Assembly: GCF_963921235.1 (NCBI RefSeq)
Contig: NC_086097.1
Location: 207,578,001-207,642,000, forward strand
DNA: 64,000 bases
Direction of reading: 5' to 3'
Origin: Mobula hypostoma
Lineage: Eukaryota
Both the position numbers and the translations under genes were made by a program. The notes beneath the pieces were generated by a model. That model had not been told where the DNA came from, did not search any database, and saw only the letters and a list, made by a program, of their open reading frames with translations. This document shows, in pieces, positions 52,222 to 64,000 of this stretch; within the stretch, counting starts at the first letter, position 1, and the number at the start of each line of letters is the position of its first letter.

Positions 52222-55200
52222 TCCGGACGTTAGCAGCTGACTCGGTGTGGAACGATGAGTCACTCCAGGAGGTTTTTCAGAATGGACTCAGCGACCAGGT
52301 GAAGGACGAGCTGGCGGCAAGAGACGGCTCTGACAGCCTGGATTCCCTGATCTCCCTAGCCACCAGGTTGGACAGTCGTCTCTGAGAACGCCATAGAGAA
52401 AGAACTGGTCGTCCACTACCTTTGGCCACTTCTCGGCACTCATTTCCGCCTCCCGCCAGAACAAGCCTCTGTCCTCCTTCTGCACCCTGAGAAGCTCCCA
52501 GCCCTGCCATTTCCACCGCCCCAGGAGAGGAACCCATGCAGCTGGGACGGAACCACCTTTCTCTTGCTGAATGACTCCGGAGACTGAGAGCGAGTGAGTG
52601 TCTATATTGCAGCCAGTCCGGCCGCTTCTGCGCTACCTTCGGCCAAAAAGGGAAGACTCACCAGTAGATAGGGGGACCCTGGTGAGCCAGACAACATTCC
52701 CTTCTGTTCCCCGAACCCAGTTACAGCTTCAAGCTACTTTACATTACAACCAACAGTCACTGCCTCTGTCAGCACTAGTGGACTCCGGCGCTGAGGCCGG
52801 GAAACCTTTTGGATGAAAACTTAGCTTTCCTGGCCGGAATTCCTCGTGAGCTATTGAGACCCCCCCTGGAAGCCCGGGCACTGGACGGTAGACTACTGGC
52901 CCGAGTCACACACTGCACAGAACTCCTGCCTCTCCTTCTCTCTGGAATCCATCGGGAACGGGTACGATTCAATTTAATTTCCTCTCCTCAAGCCCCTAGA
53001 GTGGCTACCCCTGGTTAAGCCGTTATTACCCCCACATCGACTCATCAGGAAGAAAGTCAGCTGGAGTTCGTTCTGTCATTCCACTTGTCTACAATCAGCC
53101 CTTTCCCCAGTGAAAGTCACTGCGACCTCGTCCACCTCTGAATCCCCCGACTTATCCAAGGTTCCAGCAGAGTATCACAATCTGGGAGAAGTGTTTAGCA
53201 AGCAACGGGCTCCTTCCCTGCCTCCACACCGCCCTTACGATTGCACAATTGACCTTCTCCCCGAGCCTCTCTACCCACCAGTCGGCTGTAAAACCTGTCC
53301 CAGCCCGAAAGGGAAGCAATGGAAATTTACTGAAATGACTCTGTCACAGCTGGCATTATCGGACCCTCACATTCCCCTGTAGGCACAGGTTTCTTCTTTG
53401 TGGGGAAGAAAGATGGCTCACTGTGCCCCTGCATTGACTATCATGGCCTGAATAGCATCACCATAAAGAATAAGTATCCACTGCCCCTTATCAACTCTGC
53501 TTTCGAGCCCCTCACAGAGTTACAATTTTCTCTAAGTTGGACCTGTGGAGTGCCTATCACCTGATCAGGATAAGGGAGGGAGATGAGTGGAAAACAGCTT
53601 TTAACGCCCCTCTTGGTCATTTCAAATATCTGGTCATGCCACTCGGTCTCACCAATGCCCCCACCGTCTTCCAAGCCCTGGTAAACGATGTCCTTAGGGA
53701 CTTCATTAACTGTTTCATTTTCGTTTATTTAAACGACACCTTAATCTTCTCCCACAGTCTTCAGGAACACACCCACCATATCCGGCAAGTTCTGCAGAGG
53801 CTTTTGGAGAACAAGCTATTCGTTAAGGCAGAGAAGTTTGAGTTCAATACCCGATCTGTCAATTTCCTGGGGTACATCATTGAGACTGGGCAAGTGAGGG
53901 CGGATCCCGAAAAGATCCGGGCAGTGGCAGAGTGGCCAAAACCCACGACACTCAAACAACTCCAGCGATTTCTTGGGTTCGCAAACTTCTACCGTTGCTT
54001 CATCGGGGATTACAACCGGGTGGCAGCGCCCCTTACTCAGCTCACCTCTCCTGCGACCCCCTTCCACTGGACTCCCGAAGCGGACTCAGCCTTCTTGGAA
54101 CTAAAGAGGCATTTCACTTCTGCTCCCATCCTGGCCCAACCTGACCCCTCTCATCAATTTATTGTGGAAGTCGATGCCTCTGACTCTGGGATGGGAGCGG
54201 TCCTCTCCCAACACTCCATCCCAGACCCAAAGGCTCCATCCCCATGCCTTCTTCTCTCCCTGTTTATCCCCCGCTGAACGGAACTATGACGTAGGGAACT
54301 GGGAATAACTGGCCGTCAAACTCACTTTGGAGGAATGGAGGCACTGGCTGGAGGGAGCTGAACATCCATTCATCGTCTGGACAGATCACAAGAACTTCGC
54401 ATACATCCAGACCACCAACGTTTGAATTATCGCCAAGCCTGTTGGGCACTATTTTTTGGCCGTTTCATATTCACACTCACCTATCGTCCTGGTTCCAAGA
54501 ACCGGAAGCCCGATGCTCTCTCGTCAATATGTTTTCGAGGGGGGCCTTCCCAACCCCGAGACCATCCCTCCACCATCCTGTGTCGTGGCTGCCCTCACCT
54601 GGGAGGTCGAATCCATAGTCAAAGAGGCCCAACGGACTCAACCTGACCCAGGCAATGGACCCCCCAGTCGCCTCTTCGTGCCTGACTCTGTTCGGTCTCA
54701 GGTTCTTCAGTGGGGGAACTCTCTCGTTTCGCCTGCCATCCCAGAATCGATCGATCCCTGTCCCTTCTGAAGAGACATTTCTGGTGGCCCTCCATGGATG
54801 CTGACACTCACTCCTTCGTCTCTGCCTGTTGCGTGTGTGCCCGCGGAAAAGCCTCCAATTGACCACCTGCTGGGTTGCTTCATCCCCTGCCTGTCCCTAG
54901 CTGCCCCTGCTCTCACATTGAGCTGGATTTTGTTACTGGACTACCCCCTTCACATGTAAACACTGTTGTTCTCACTGTGGTGGACCGCTTCTCCAAAGCC
55001 GTGCACTCCGTAGCTCTTTCCAAACTCCCTACAGCCCGTGAAACAACCGACCTCCTTGTTCATCATGTCTTCCACCTTGACAGGATTCCCTCTGACATGA
55101 TTTCTGACCGGGGCCCCCAATTCGTCTTTCAAGTCTGGAGATCCTTTTGTCAAGCCCTTGGAGCCTCAGTAAGTCTGTCTTCTGGCTTCCATCCGCAGAC

Positions 55201-55995
55201 TAACTGTCAAACAGAATGAGTAAACCAGGATTTTGAAGCAGCACTGCCCTGCATAACTGCCAACTACCCGTCATCCTGGAGCACTCATCTCGCTTGGGTA
55301 GAGTACGCCCACAACTTCCTGGTCAGCACCGCCACCGGAATGTCTCCCATCAAATGCTCCCTCGGTTACTAACACCCTCTGTTTCCTGCACATGAAGGCG
55401 ACATTGCTGTGCCTTCAGTTCAGGCCCATCTCCACCGGTGCCGCAAGATCTGGAAGGATGCACGTGTGGTCCTGCTCCACTCAGCCGACCGCAACTGGAG
55501 GATTGCCGATCGCCATCTAATTCCTGCACCTAATTATGGGCCTGGGCAGAAGGTTTGGTTCTCTTCAAAAGACATCCCCCTCAAGAATGAACCCAAGAAA
55601 CTCGCCCCTTGCTACCTCGGACCATTCGAAATTGAGATTAACATTAACCCCTCGGCGGCCAGACTTGAACTGCCCAGATCCATGCACATTCATCCCATGT
55701 TCCATGTCTCCCTATTGAAACCTGTGACTGTCAACCCTTTGTGCCCATCTACTGAACCTCCTCCACCCGCCTGGATCATTGACGACTACCCAGTGTACAC
55801 CGTCTGGTGAATACTGGGTGTGCACCGCCGAGGCAGGGGTCTCCAGTACCTGATCAATTGGGAGGGATACGGTCCTGAGGAGTGCACCTAGATTCTTTGC
55901 TCCTTCATCCTGGTCCATTCCCTCTTCTGAGATTTCCATTGAGACAATCCGGACAAGACTGGTGGTTCACCTGGAATCTCCCGTTGGGGGGGTAC

Positions 55996-56469
55996 TGTCA
56001 CAGACCTGCCCATTAATTACCCATTTTCTCCTAATTCCGTTTGATTATGCCACGGTTCAGACCATTAGTTCCCCATTCTCTCCTAATTCCCTTTGATGAT
56101 GGCACACCTGGTTTTTATCAAGACCTACAACATAAGAACCCTGGCTTTGCACTCACTAGTTGCCAGATCATTTGTTTTGCCTGTCTGGTAATCAATGTTT
56201 CCCAGCCACTAAGGACTGTGCGTTCTAAGTTTTCCTTCAGTACCGAGAATTCCCTGTGAAACTCAGTCTCTTCGTGTTCAGAAAAGTTTTCCAAATCCTA
56301 CTCCAGTTCCGAGGTTTACCTATGAAACTCAGTCGCTCTGTGTCAAGATCAGTTCTGCCTATCTCCTGCCTTCCTGCACTCTCCCCTGTTTGCCGTTCAA
56401 CCTTCATGCCCATGTCCGCATCCTCCGTGCCTGTGTCCTGCGCTTGGGTTCACCTCATTTGTTGCAACA
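55996..56469 (+). repeat. Gypsy 3' LTR
   Basis: Follows gggggggtac; colinear with the 5' LTR but with many substitutions. Confidence 0.92.
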
Positions 56470-58674
56470 CAAAATATAAAAACTGATAGCAAAAGTTTTT
56501 ATAATTATATAAAGTGGAAAAGGGTGGCTAAGGTGAATGTAGGTCCCTTGGAGGAAAGGTGAACTGATATTGGGTAATGAGGAAATGGCCGAGGCTTTGA
56601 ATGACTATTTTGTGTTGGTCTTCATGGTGGAGGACACATCTAACATGCCAAAGGGAAATGTTACAAATGTGAAGGGAGGTGAGGACCTCGATACAATAGC
56701 TATCATTAAAGAGATAAAGCTGAGTAAACTTGTGGTCCTGAAATAGATAAATCCTGATGGAATGTATCACAAGGCACTGAAATAAATGGCAGAAGTTATA
56801 TGAGAGGCTTTGGTGATAATATACCTAAATTCTCTAGACTCTGGGCAGGTCCCAGCAAATTGGAAGACAGCGAATATCACACCAATGTTCAAAAAAGGAT
56901 GTAGGCAAAAGGCATGGAACTATAGGCCAGTTATTTTAATATCTTTATTTGGGAAAATGCTTGAAGATATCATTAAAGAAGAAATTGTGAAGCATCTGGA
57001 AAGAAATGGATTCACTAGGCAGATGCAACATGGATTCAGCAAAGGCAGATCCTGTTTGGCAAACTTACTAGAACTCTTTGAGGATTTAGTAAGTGAAGTG
57101 GATAGAGGGGAAAAAAAACATTATTTTCTTGTTTTTCGAGAAGGTGTTCATTAAGGTGCGGCATAAAAGACTTGTCCATAAGATAAGGATGTATAGAGTT
57201 AGGGATGTTGTATTAGCATGGATAGAGGAATGGTTAACCAATAGAAAGCACAGAGTGGAGACACGTGGGTGTTACTCAGGTTGGCAATCAGTAGTGTGCA
57301 ATGTGCTGCAGGGGTCAGTGCTGGGCCAACAACTGTCAACGATATACATCAATCATCTGGAAGAGGGGACCGAGTGAAGTGTATCTAAGTTTGCTGATGA
57401 TACAAAATTGAGTGGAAAAGCAAATTGTGCTGAAGATGTGGAGAGTCTGTAGAGAAATATAGATAGTTTAAGTGAATGGGCAAGGGTCTGGCAGATGGAG
57501 TACAATGTTGGTAAATGTGAGGTCATCCTCTTTGGAAGGAAAAATGGAAGATCAGATTATTATTTAAATGGTAAAAAAAATTGAAGCAAGCTGCTGTGCA
57601 GAGGGACTTGGGAGTGCTTGTGCATGATTCACAAAAGGTTGGTTTGTAGGTGCAGCAGGCTATCAAGAAGGGAAATGGAATGTTGGTCTTCATTGCTAGA
57701 GGGATCGAATGTAAGAGCAGGGAGGTTATGCTGCAACTGTACAGGGAACTGATGAGGCTGCAGCTGGAGTACTATGTGCAGTTCTGGTCTCCTTACTTGA
57801 GGAAGGATATACTGGCTTTGAAGGCAGTGCAGAGGAGAGGGAGTTAGCCTATGAGGAGAGATTGAGTCACCTGGGACTGTACTCACTGGAATTGAGAAGA
57901 ATGAGAGAAGATCTTATAGAAACATATAAAATTATGAAAGGGATAGATAGAGGCAGGAAAGTTGTTTTCTCTGGTAGGTGAGACTAAAATTAAAGGGCAT
58001 AACCTCAAGATTTGGGGGAGTAGATTTAAGACAGAGGTGAGGAGGAACTGCTTTTCCCGGAGAGTGGTGAATCTGTGGAATTCTCTGCCCAATGAAGCAG
58101 TGGAGGCTACCTCAGTAAATATATTTAAGACAAGGTTGGATAGATTTTTGAATAGGGGGGAATTAAGTGTTATGGGGAAAAGGCAGATAGGTGGAGATGA
58201 GTTCATGGTCAGATCAGCCAAGATCTTATTGAATGGTGGAGCAGGCTCCATGGGCCAGATGGCCTACTCCTGCTCCTATTTCTTATGTTCTTACATTCAC
58301 AGTTTCATAAGGATGTAAACACATGGAGGATTCTGTATATGGTGCAACTTCCAGTACCATGGTGGTGAATTGAGACATGCCATTCCAAAGGGCACCACAC
58401 TGGAGGGAGATATTCTCTCCCAGCACTGCTGATTAAGTCACAGATCTGAATTTTGTGATTGATCTATGAAAAAAGAGGTATTGGAATTTCTACCAAGGAA
58501 ATATATAATTATGCCCAGACATTCTAGGAGACTGTAGTAATGCTGATGATGGATCCTAAAATCAGAGGTCTGTCAGCAGTCTTAGTTTTTTTTTCTGTGG
58601 TGAGTCAGTCATGATGATACTAAGTTCTGATCTGGAGAGGAAATTGCCCTCTGTGAAAAGCTGGTGAATTGAGT

Positions 58675-61130
58675 TAAACTGACTTTATTTCTTACATCCT
58701 TCGCATACATGAGGAGTAAAAATCTTTATGTTGTGTCTCCATCTAAATGTGCCATGTGCAATCATAATAATTTATAGAACATAGAACAGTACGGCACAGT
58801 ACAGGCCCTTCGGCCCCACAGTGTTGTGCCAACCCTCAAACCCTGCCTCCCATATAAGCCCCCACCTTAGATTCCTCCATATACCTGTCTAGTAGTCTCT
58901 TAAACTTCACTAGTGTATCTGCCTCCACCATTGACTCAGGCAGTGCATTCCACGCACCAACCACTCTCTGAGTGAAAAACTTTCCTCTAATATCCCCCTT
59001 GAACTTCCCACCCTTTACCTTAAAGCCATGTCCTCTTGTATTCAGCAGTGGTGCCCTGGGGAAGAGGCGCTGGCTATCCACTCTATCTATTCCTCTTATT
59101 ATCTTGTACACCTCTATCACGTCTCCTCTCATCCTCCTTCTCTCCAAAGAGTAAAGCTCTAGCTCCCTTAATCTCTGATCATAATGCATACTTTCTAAAG
59201 CAGGCAGCACCTGGTAATTCTCCTCTGTACCCTTTCCAATGCTTCCACATCCTTCCTATAGTGAGGCGACCAGAAGTGGACACAGTACTCCATGTGTGGC
59301 CTAACTAGAGTTTTATAGAGCTGCATCATTACATCGCGACTCTTAAACTCTATCCCTCTACTTATGAAAGCTTTCTTAACTACCCTATCCGCCTGTGAGG
59401 CAACTTTCAGGGATCTGTGGACATCTACCCCGAGATCCCTCTGCTTCTCCACACTACCAAGTATCCTGCCACTTACTTTGTACTCTGCCTTGGAGTTTGT
59501 CCTTCCAAAGTGTACCACCTCACACTTCTCCAGGTTGAACTCCATCTGCCACTTCTCAGCCCACTTCTGCATCCTATCAATGTCTCTCTGCAATCTTTGA
59601 CAATCCTCTACACTATCTACAACACCACCAACCTTTGTGTTGTCTGCAAACTTGCCAACCCATCCTCCTACCCCCACTTCCAGGTCGTTAATAAAAATCA
59701 CGAAAAGTAGAGGTCCCAGAACAGATCCTTGTGGGACACCACTAGTCACAATCCTCCAATCTGAATGTACTCCCTCCGCCACCACCCTCTGCCTTCTGCA
59801 GGCAAGCCAATTCTGAATCCACCTGGCCAAACTTCCCTGGATCCCATGCCTTCTAAATTTCTGAATAAGCCTACCATGTGCAACCTTGTCAAATGCCTTA
59901 CTAAAATCCATATAGATCACATCCACTGCACTACCCTCATCTATATGCCTGGTCACCTCCTCAAAGAACTCTATCAGGCTTGTTAGACACGATCTGCCCT
60001 TCACAAAGTCATGCTGACTGTCCCTGATCAGACCATGATTCTCTAAATGCCTATAGATCCTATCTCTAAGAATCTTTTCCAACAGCTTTCCCACCCCAAA
60101 CGTAAGGCTCACTGGTCTATAATTACCCGGACTATCCCTACTACCTTTTTTGAACAAGGGAACAACATTCGCCTCCCTCCAATCCTCCGGTACCATTCCC
60201 GTGGACAACGAGGACATAAAGATCCTAGCCAGAGGCTCAGCAATCTCTTTTCTCACCTCTTGGAGCAGCCTGGGGAATATTCTGTCAGGCCGCGGGGACT
60301 TATCTGTCCTAATGTATTTTAACAACTCCAACACCTCCTCTCCCTTAATATCAACATGCTCCAGAACATCGACCTCACTCATATTGTCCTCACCATCATC
60401 AAGTTCCTCCTCATTGGTGAATACCGAAGAGAAGTATTCATTGAGGACCTCGCTCACTTCCACAGCCTCCAGGCACATTTTCCCACCTTTATCTCTAATC
60501 GATCCTACCTTTACTCCTGTCATCCTTTGTTTCTTCACATAATTGAAGAATGCCTTGGGGTTTTCCTTGAGGTTTATAATAAATAGAATAGGCAATGTAA
60601 TATAGAGTACACTCAAATCAGCGTGAGTTCAGCAGTCTGATGTCCTGGTGGAAGAAGCTGTCTCAGAGACTATTGGTCCTGGCTTTTATGCTGCAGTACA
60701 ACTTCCCAGATGGTAGCAGCTGGAATAGATTGTGGTTGGGATGACATGGGTCCCCAATGATCCTACGGGCCCTTTTTACACACCTGCCTTTGTAAATGTC
60801 CTGAATCATGGAAAGTTCACAACTACAGATGCGATGGGCTGTCCGCACCACTCTCTGCAGAGGCCTGCGATTAAGGGAGATACAGTTCCCTTAACAGGCA
60901 GTGATGCAGCCAGTCAGGATGCTCTCAATTGTGCTCCTGTAAAAAGTTCTTAGGATTTGGGGGCCCATACCAAACTTCCTCAACCGTCTGAGGTGAAAGA
61001 GGCACTGTCGTGCCTTTTTCACACACAGCTGGTGTGTACAGATCATGTGAGGTCCTCCGTAAGTGGATGCTGAGGAACATGGAGTTGTTTACCCTCTCAA
61101 CCCCAGATCCATTGATGTCAATAGGGTGAA
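58675..61130 (-). mobile_element. Rex1/Babar 3' fragment whose 3'UTR is split by a CR1
   Basis: RTAHRIC..RARRIIGDPCHPNHNLFQLLPSGK (ORF 60663..60851); the UTR resumes at 58675-58776. Confidence 0.75.
58777..60572 (-). mobile_element. Relatively young 5'-truncated CR1 with a long open RT frame
   Basis: ORF 59195..60616 (473 aa) has NYRPVSLT, DFSKAFD, GVPQGSVLGP and KFADN; a frameshift continues it in 58836..59210. TSD tttata (58771-58776, 60573-60578). Confidence 0.95.
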
Positions 61131-61364
61131 CAACAATGATAAGAGTTTTCAAGGAGTCCATAATTCTGCAATCCACTCTTCTGTGAAAAGACACAGCTCC
61201 AGTGCCGTGAAGTGCCAAGCTCGATAGTAAGTGTGAAATACCCTTTGGGAACTCAGCCTCCCCTAAGTGTACAGTTAATTAAGTATGTCATTGAAATGTA
61301 GCAACAGGAAGTTGTCATCCAGTTTGTACAATACAAACACAAATAGTAATATGTTAAACAGCAC

Positions 61365-62590
61365 CAACAGGAGAATCAGTTGATGTTGTGTACTTAGATT
61401 TTCGGTAGGCCTTTGACAAGGTGCCACACATGAGGCTGCTTAACAAGCTATGGGCCCATGGTATTTCAGGAAAGATTCTAGCATGAGTAAAGCAGTGGCT
61501 GATTGGCAGGAGGCAAAAGTTGGGAATAAAGGGAGCCTTTTCTGGTTGACTGCTAGTGACTAGTGGTGCTCCACACGAATCTGTGTTGGGACTGATTCTT
61601 TTTACGTTATATGTCAGTGATTTGGATGATGAAATTGATGACTTTGTTGCAAAACTTACAGAGAATATGAAAATAGGTGGGGGGCGGGTAGTTTTGAGGA
61701 ATTAGAGAGGCCACAGAAGGACTTAGACAGATTAGGAGAAAGGACAAAGAAATGGCAGATGGAATACAGTGTCAGGAAGTGCATGATCATGCAATTTGGT
61801 AGAAGAAATGAAAGGGTTGACTATTTTCTAAATAGAGAGAAAGTACGAAGAAACTGATGTGCAACAGGACTTGGGAGTCCTTGTGCATGATTCCCTAGAG
61901 GGTAATTTGCAGGTTGAGTCTGCGGTGAGTAAGGCAAATGCAATGTTAGCATTCATTTCAAGAGGACTGGAATATAAAAGCAAGGATATAATTTTTAAAC
62001 TTGATGAAGCATTGGTGAGGCCTCACTTGGAGTATTGTGAGCAAGTCTAGGCCACTTATCTTAGAAAGGATGTGCCGAAACTGGTGAGGGTTCAAATGAG
62101 GTTGACGGAAAATGAATCCAGGATTGAATGGCTTGTCATATGAAGAACGCTTAATGGCTTTGGGTCTGTATTCATTAGAATTCAGAAGAATGATGGGTGA
62201 CTTAATTGAAACCTATTGAATGGTGAAAGGACTTGATAGAGTGGATTTGGAGAGGATGTTTCTTCTGGTGGGAGAGTCTAAGACCAGAGGACATAGCTTC
62301 TGACTAGAGGGGGCATTTTTTTAGAATGGAGATGAGGATGAATTTCTTCAGCCACAGTGTGGAGAATCTGTGGAATTCTTTGCCACAGGCAGCTGTGGAT
62401 GTTAAGTCTTTATGTATATTTAAGGCAGAGGTTGATAAATTTTGATTCGTCAGGGCATGAAGGGGATCGAGGAGAAGGTAGGAGATCTGGGCTGAGAGGA
62501 AAATTGGATTAGCCGTGATAAAATAGCAGAGCAGACTTGATGAGCGAAATGGCCTAATTCTGCTCCTATATCATATGGTCTTATGGTCTC
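61365..62590 (+). mobile_element. CR1 RT and 3' end, decayed
   Basis: DVVYLDF..AFDKVPH through LVRPHLEYC, then a CR1 tail. Confidence 0.88.
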
Positions 62591-63079
62591 ATCTTTCTTT
62601 TATTGACATTGGCTAAGAGATAATTGTACCTGTTTTGATTGGATGGTACACCAGGGAATAAAAACTTGAGTAGAAACTGACGTGAAGTCAACCACTGCTA
62701 TTGGAAATCCTGATTTCTATTTCTTAGAGTAGCAGTTACCTCTGCATTATTGGTCTGTAGCTGATACAAAAAGAATGTCTAAGTGTGTTTGATGTTCTTT
62801 TAAAGACGGATTAAAGGAAGACAAACATTTATGCAGCTACTTGGAAACAGGGAATGATTTTAGCCGATGTTGTTATATAAAGTATTCTCTGACCATTCAT
62901 CTCCTGCTGCTCCATTACCTAGATGAATCTTCCTAATGTGCTAATTTTGCTTTGTGCTTCCATGTCATGTAATATGCAGAAAATCATAACACTCTGGCTT
63001 TCTGTGAGGGACATCAAAGGGAGAGTCAATCTCGGGAGTTTTTTTTTGTCAGAGAATGACTTATGAGACTGCATAATTT

Positions 63080-64000
63080 TCTGTTACAGGAAATATACTG
63101 GCATGGATAGAGGAATGGCTGACAGACAGGAGGCAGCGAATGGGAATAATGGAGGCCTTTTCTGATTGGCTGCCAGTGATTAGCATGTTCCTCAGGGGTC
63201 AGTATTAGCACCACTATTTTTCATGTTGTTTGCCAATGATTTAGATAGTGGAATTGATGGCTTCGTGGCAAAGTTTAGGGATGATACGAAGATTGGTGGA
63301 GGGGTAGGTAGTGCTGAGGAAGCAACGCGATTGCAGCCAGGCTTAGACAAATTGGAAGAATAGGCAAAAAAGTGGTAGATGGAATACAGTGTTGGGAAAT
63401 GTATGATAATGCATTTTGGTAAAAGGAACAATAGAGCAGACTATCATCTAAATGGGAAGAAAATTCAAACATCAGAGGTGCAAAGAGACTTAGGAATCCT
63501 CGTTCAAGACTCCCAGATAATTAGTTTACAAGTTGAGTCCTTAGTAAAGAAGCCAAATGCAATTTTGGCATTTATTTCAAGGGGAATAGAATATAAAAAA
63601 AGATAATGCTGATGCTTTATAAGACACTAGTCAGGCCACATGGAGTATTTTCAACAGTTTTGAGCCCCTTATCTCAGAAATAATGTATTGTCTTCGGAAA
63701 GAGTCCCGAGGAGATTCATGAGGATGATTCCAGGAATGAAGGGGTTAACATATGAGGAGCATTTGGCAGCTTTGGGCCTGTACTCACTGGAATTTAGAAG
63801 AATGTGGGGGGACCTCATTGAAACCTACTGCATGTTGAAAGGACTAGATAAGGAGGATGTGGAGAGGATATTCCCTCTGGGCGGTGTATCCAGAACTGAG
63901 AGGAGACCTTTTAGAGCAGAAGTAAGGAGGAATTTTCTTTGTTTAGCCAAAGAGTAGTGAATCTGTGGAATGCTCTGCCGGAGACTGTGGCTGAGGCATG
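63080..64000 (+). mobile_element. CR1 RT, decayed, running off the window end
   Basis: PQGSVLAP, KFRDDTK, RDLG and LGLYSLEFRRMWGDLIE motifs. Confidence 0.88.

Larger units (their letters stand above)
50639..56469 (+). mobile_element. Ty3/Gypsy chromovirus (Sushi-like), two LTRs, decayed gag-pol
   Basis: LTRs 50639-51120 and 55996-56469 (TG..CA), G-rich PPT before 55996, TSD taaaa/caaaa. gag PEPEHYAG, protease [24 protein letters not shown], RNase H EVDASD, integrase VDRFSK/SDRGPQF, GPF, chromodomain LQYLINWEGYGPEE. Confidence 0.95.
50470..58293 (+). mobile_element. CR1 LINE (5'-truncated) split by the Gypsy element
   Basis: ENKL(V)|QNIKTDSK is continuous across 50639-56469. WKTANITPMFKKG, NYRPV, QHGFSKGRSC, QGSVLG and KFADD motifs; tail tcttatgttctta at ~58290. 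Confidence 0.88.

Noticed and set aside
59195..60616. 473-aa ORF as a cellular gene
   Set aside because: It is CR1 reverse transcriptase. The start codon comes from flanking repeat sequence.
1..64000. CRISPR array, rRNA or prokaryotic operon/defence system
   Set aside because: No regularly spaced repeat-spacer units, no rRNA-like sequence and no dense gene packing. The window is vertebrate intronic or intergenic DNA.

Overview
Repeat-dense vertebrate genomic DNA, most likely a cartilaginous fish (ray or shark); this is inferred only from the repeat complement (HE1/V-SINE-like, CR1, Rex1/Babar, Penelope-like). No intact host gene is visible. Most of the window is layered, mostly decayed mobile DNA: many CR1 and Rex1/Babar LINE copies, a two-LTR chromodomain Gypsy element, two solo LTRs, a BEL/Pao remnant, two class III (ERV-L-like) endogenous retroviruses (one with a gamma-type env remnant), nested TIR/hAT DNA transposons, tRNA-derived SINEs and two copies of a ~0.65 kb non-autonomous LINE derivative. 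Several insertions can be ordered from their target-site duplications (TSDs). The unique islands between repeats hold splice-flanked + strand segments (4.7-50 kb) that chain in compatible phases into an unidentified protein with C2H2-like and IQ-like motifs and many in-frame stops. One of these exons is split by a solo LTR. I read this as a candidate decayed multi-exon gene, at moderate confidence. All family calls rest on motif recognition by eye; no searches were run.
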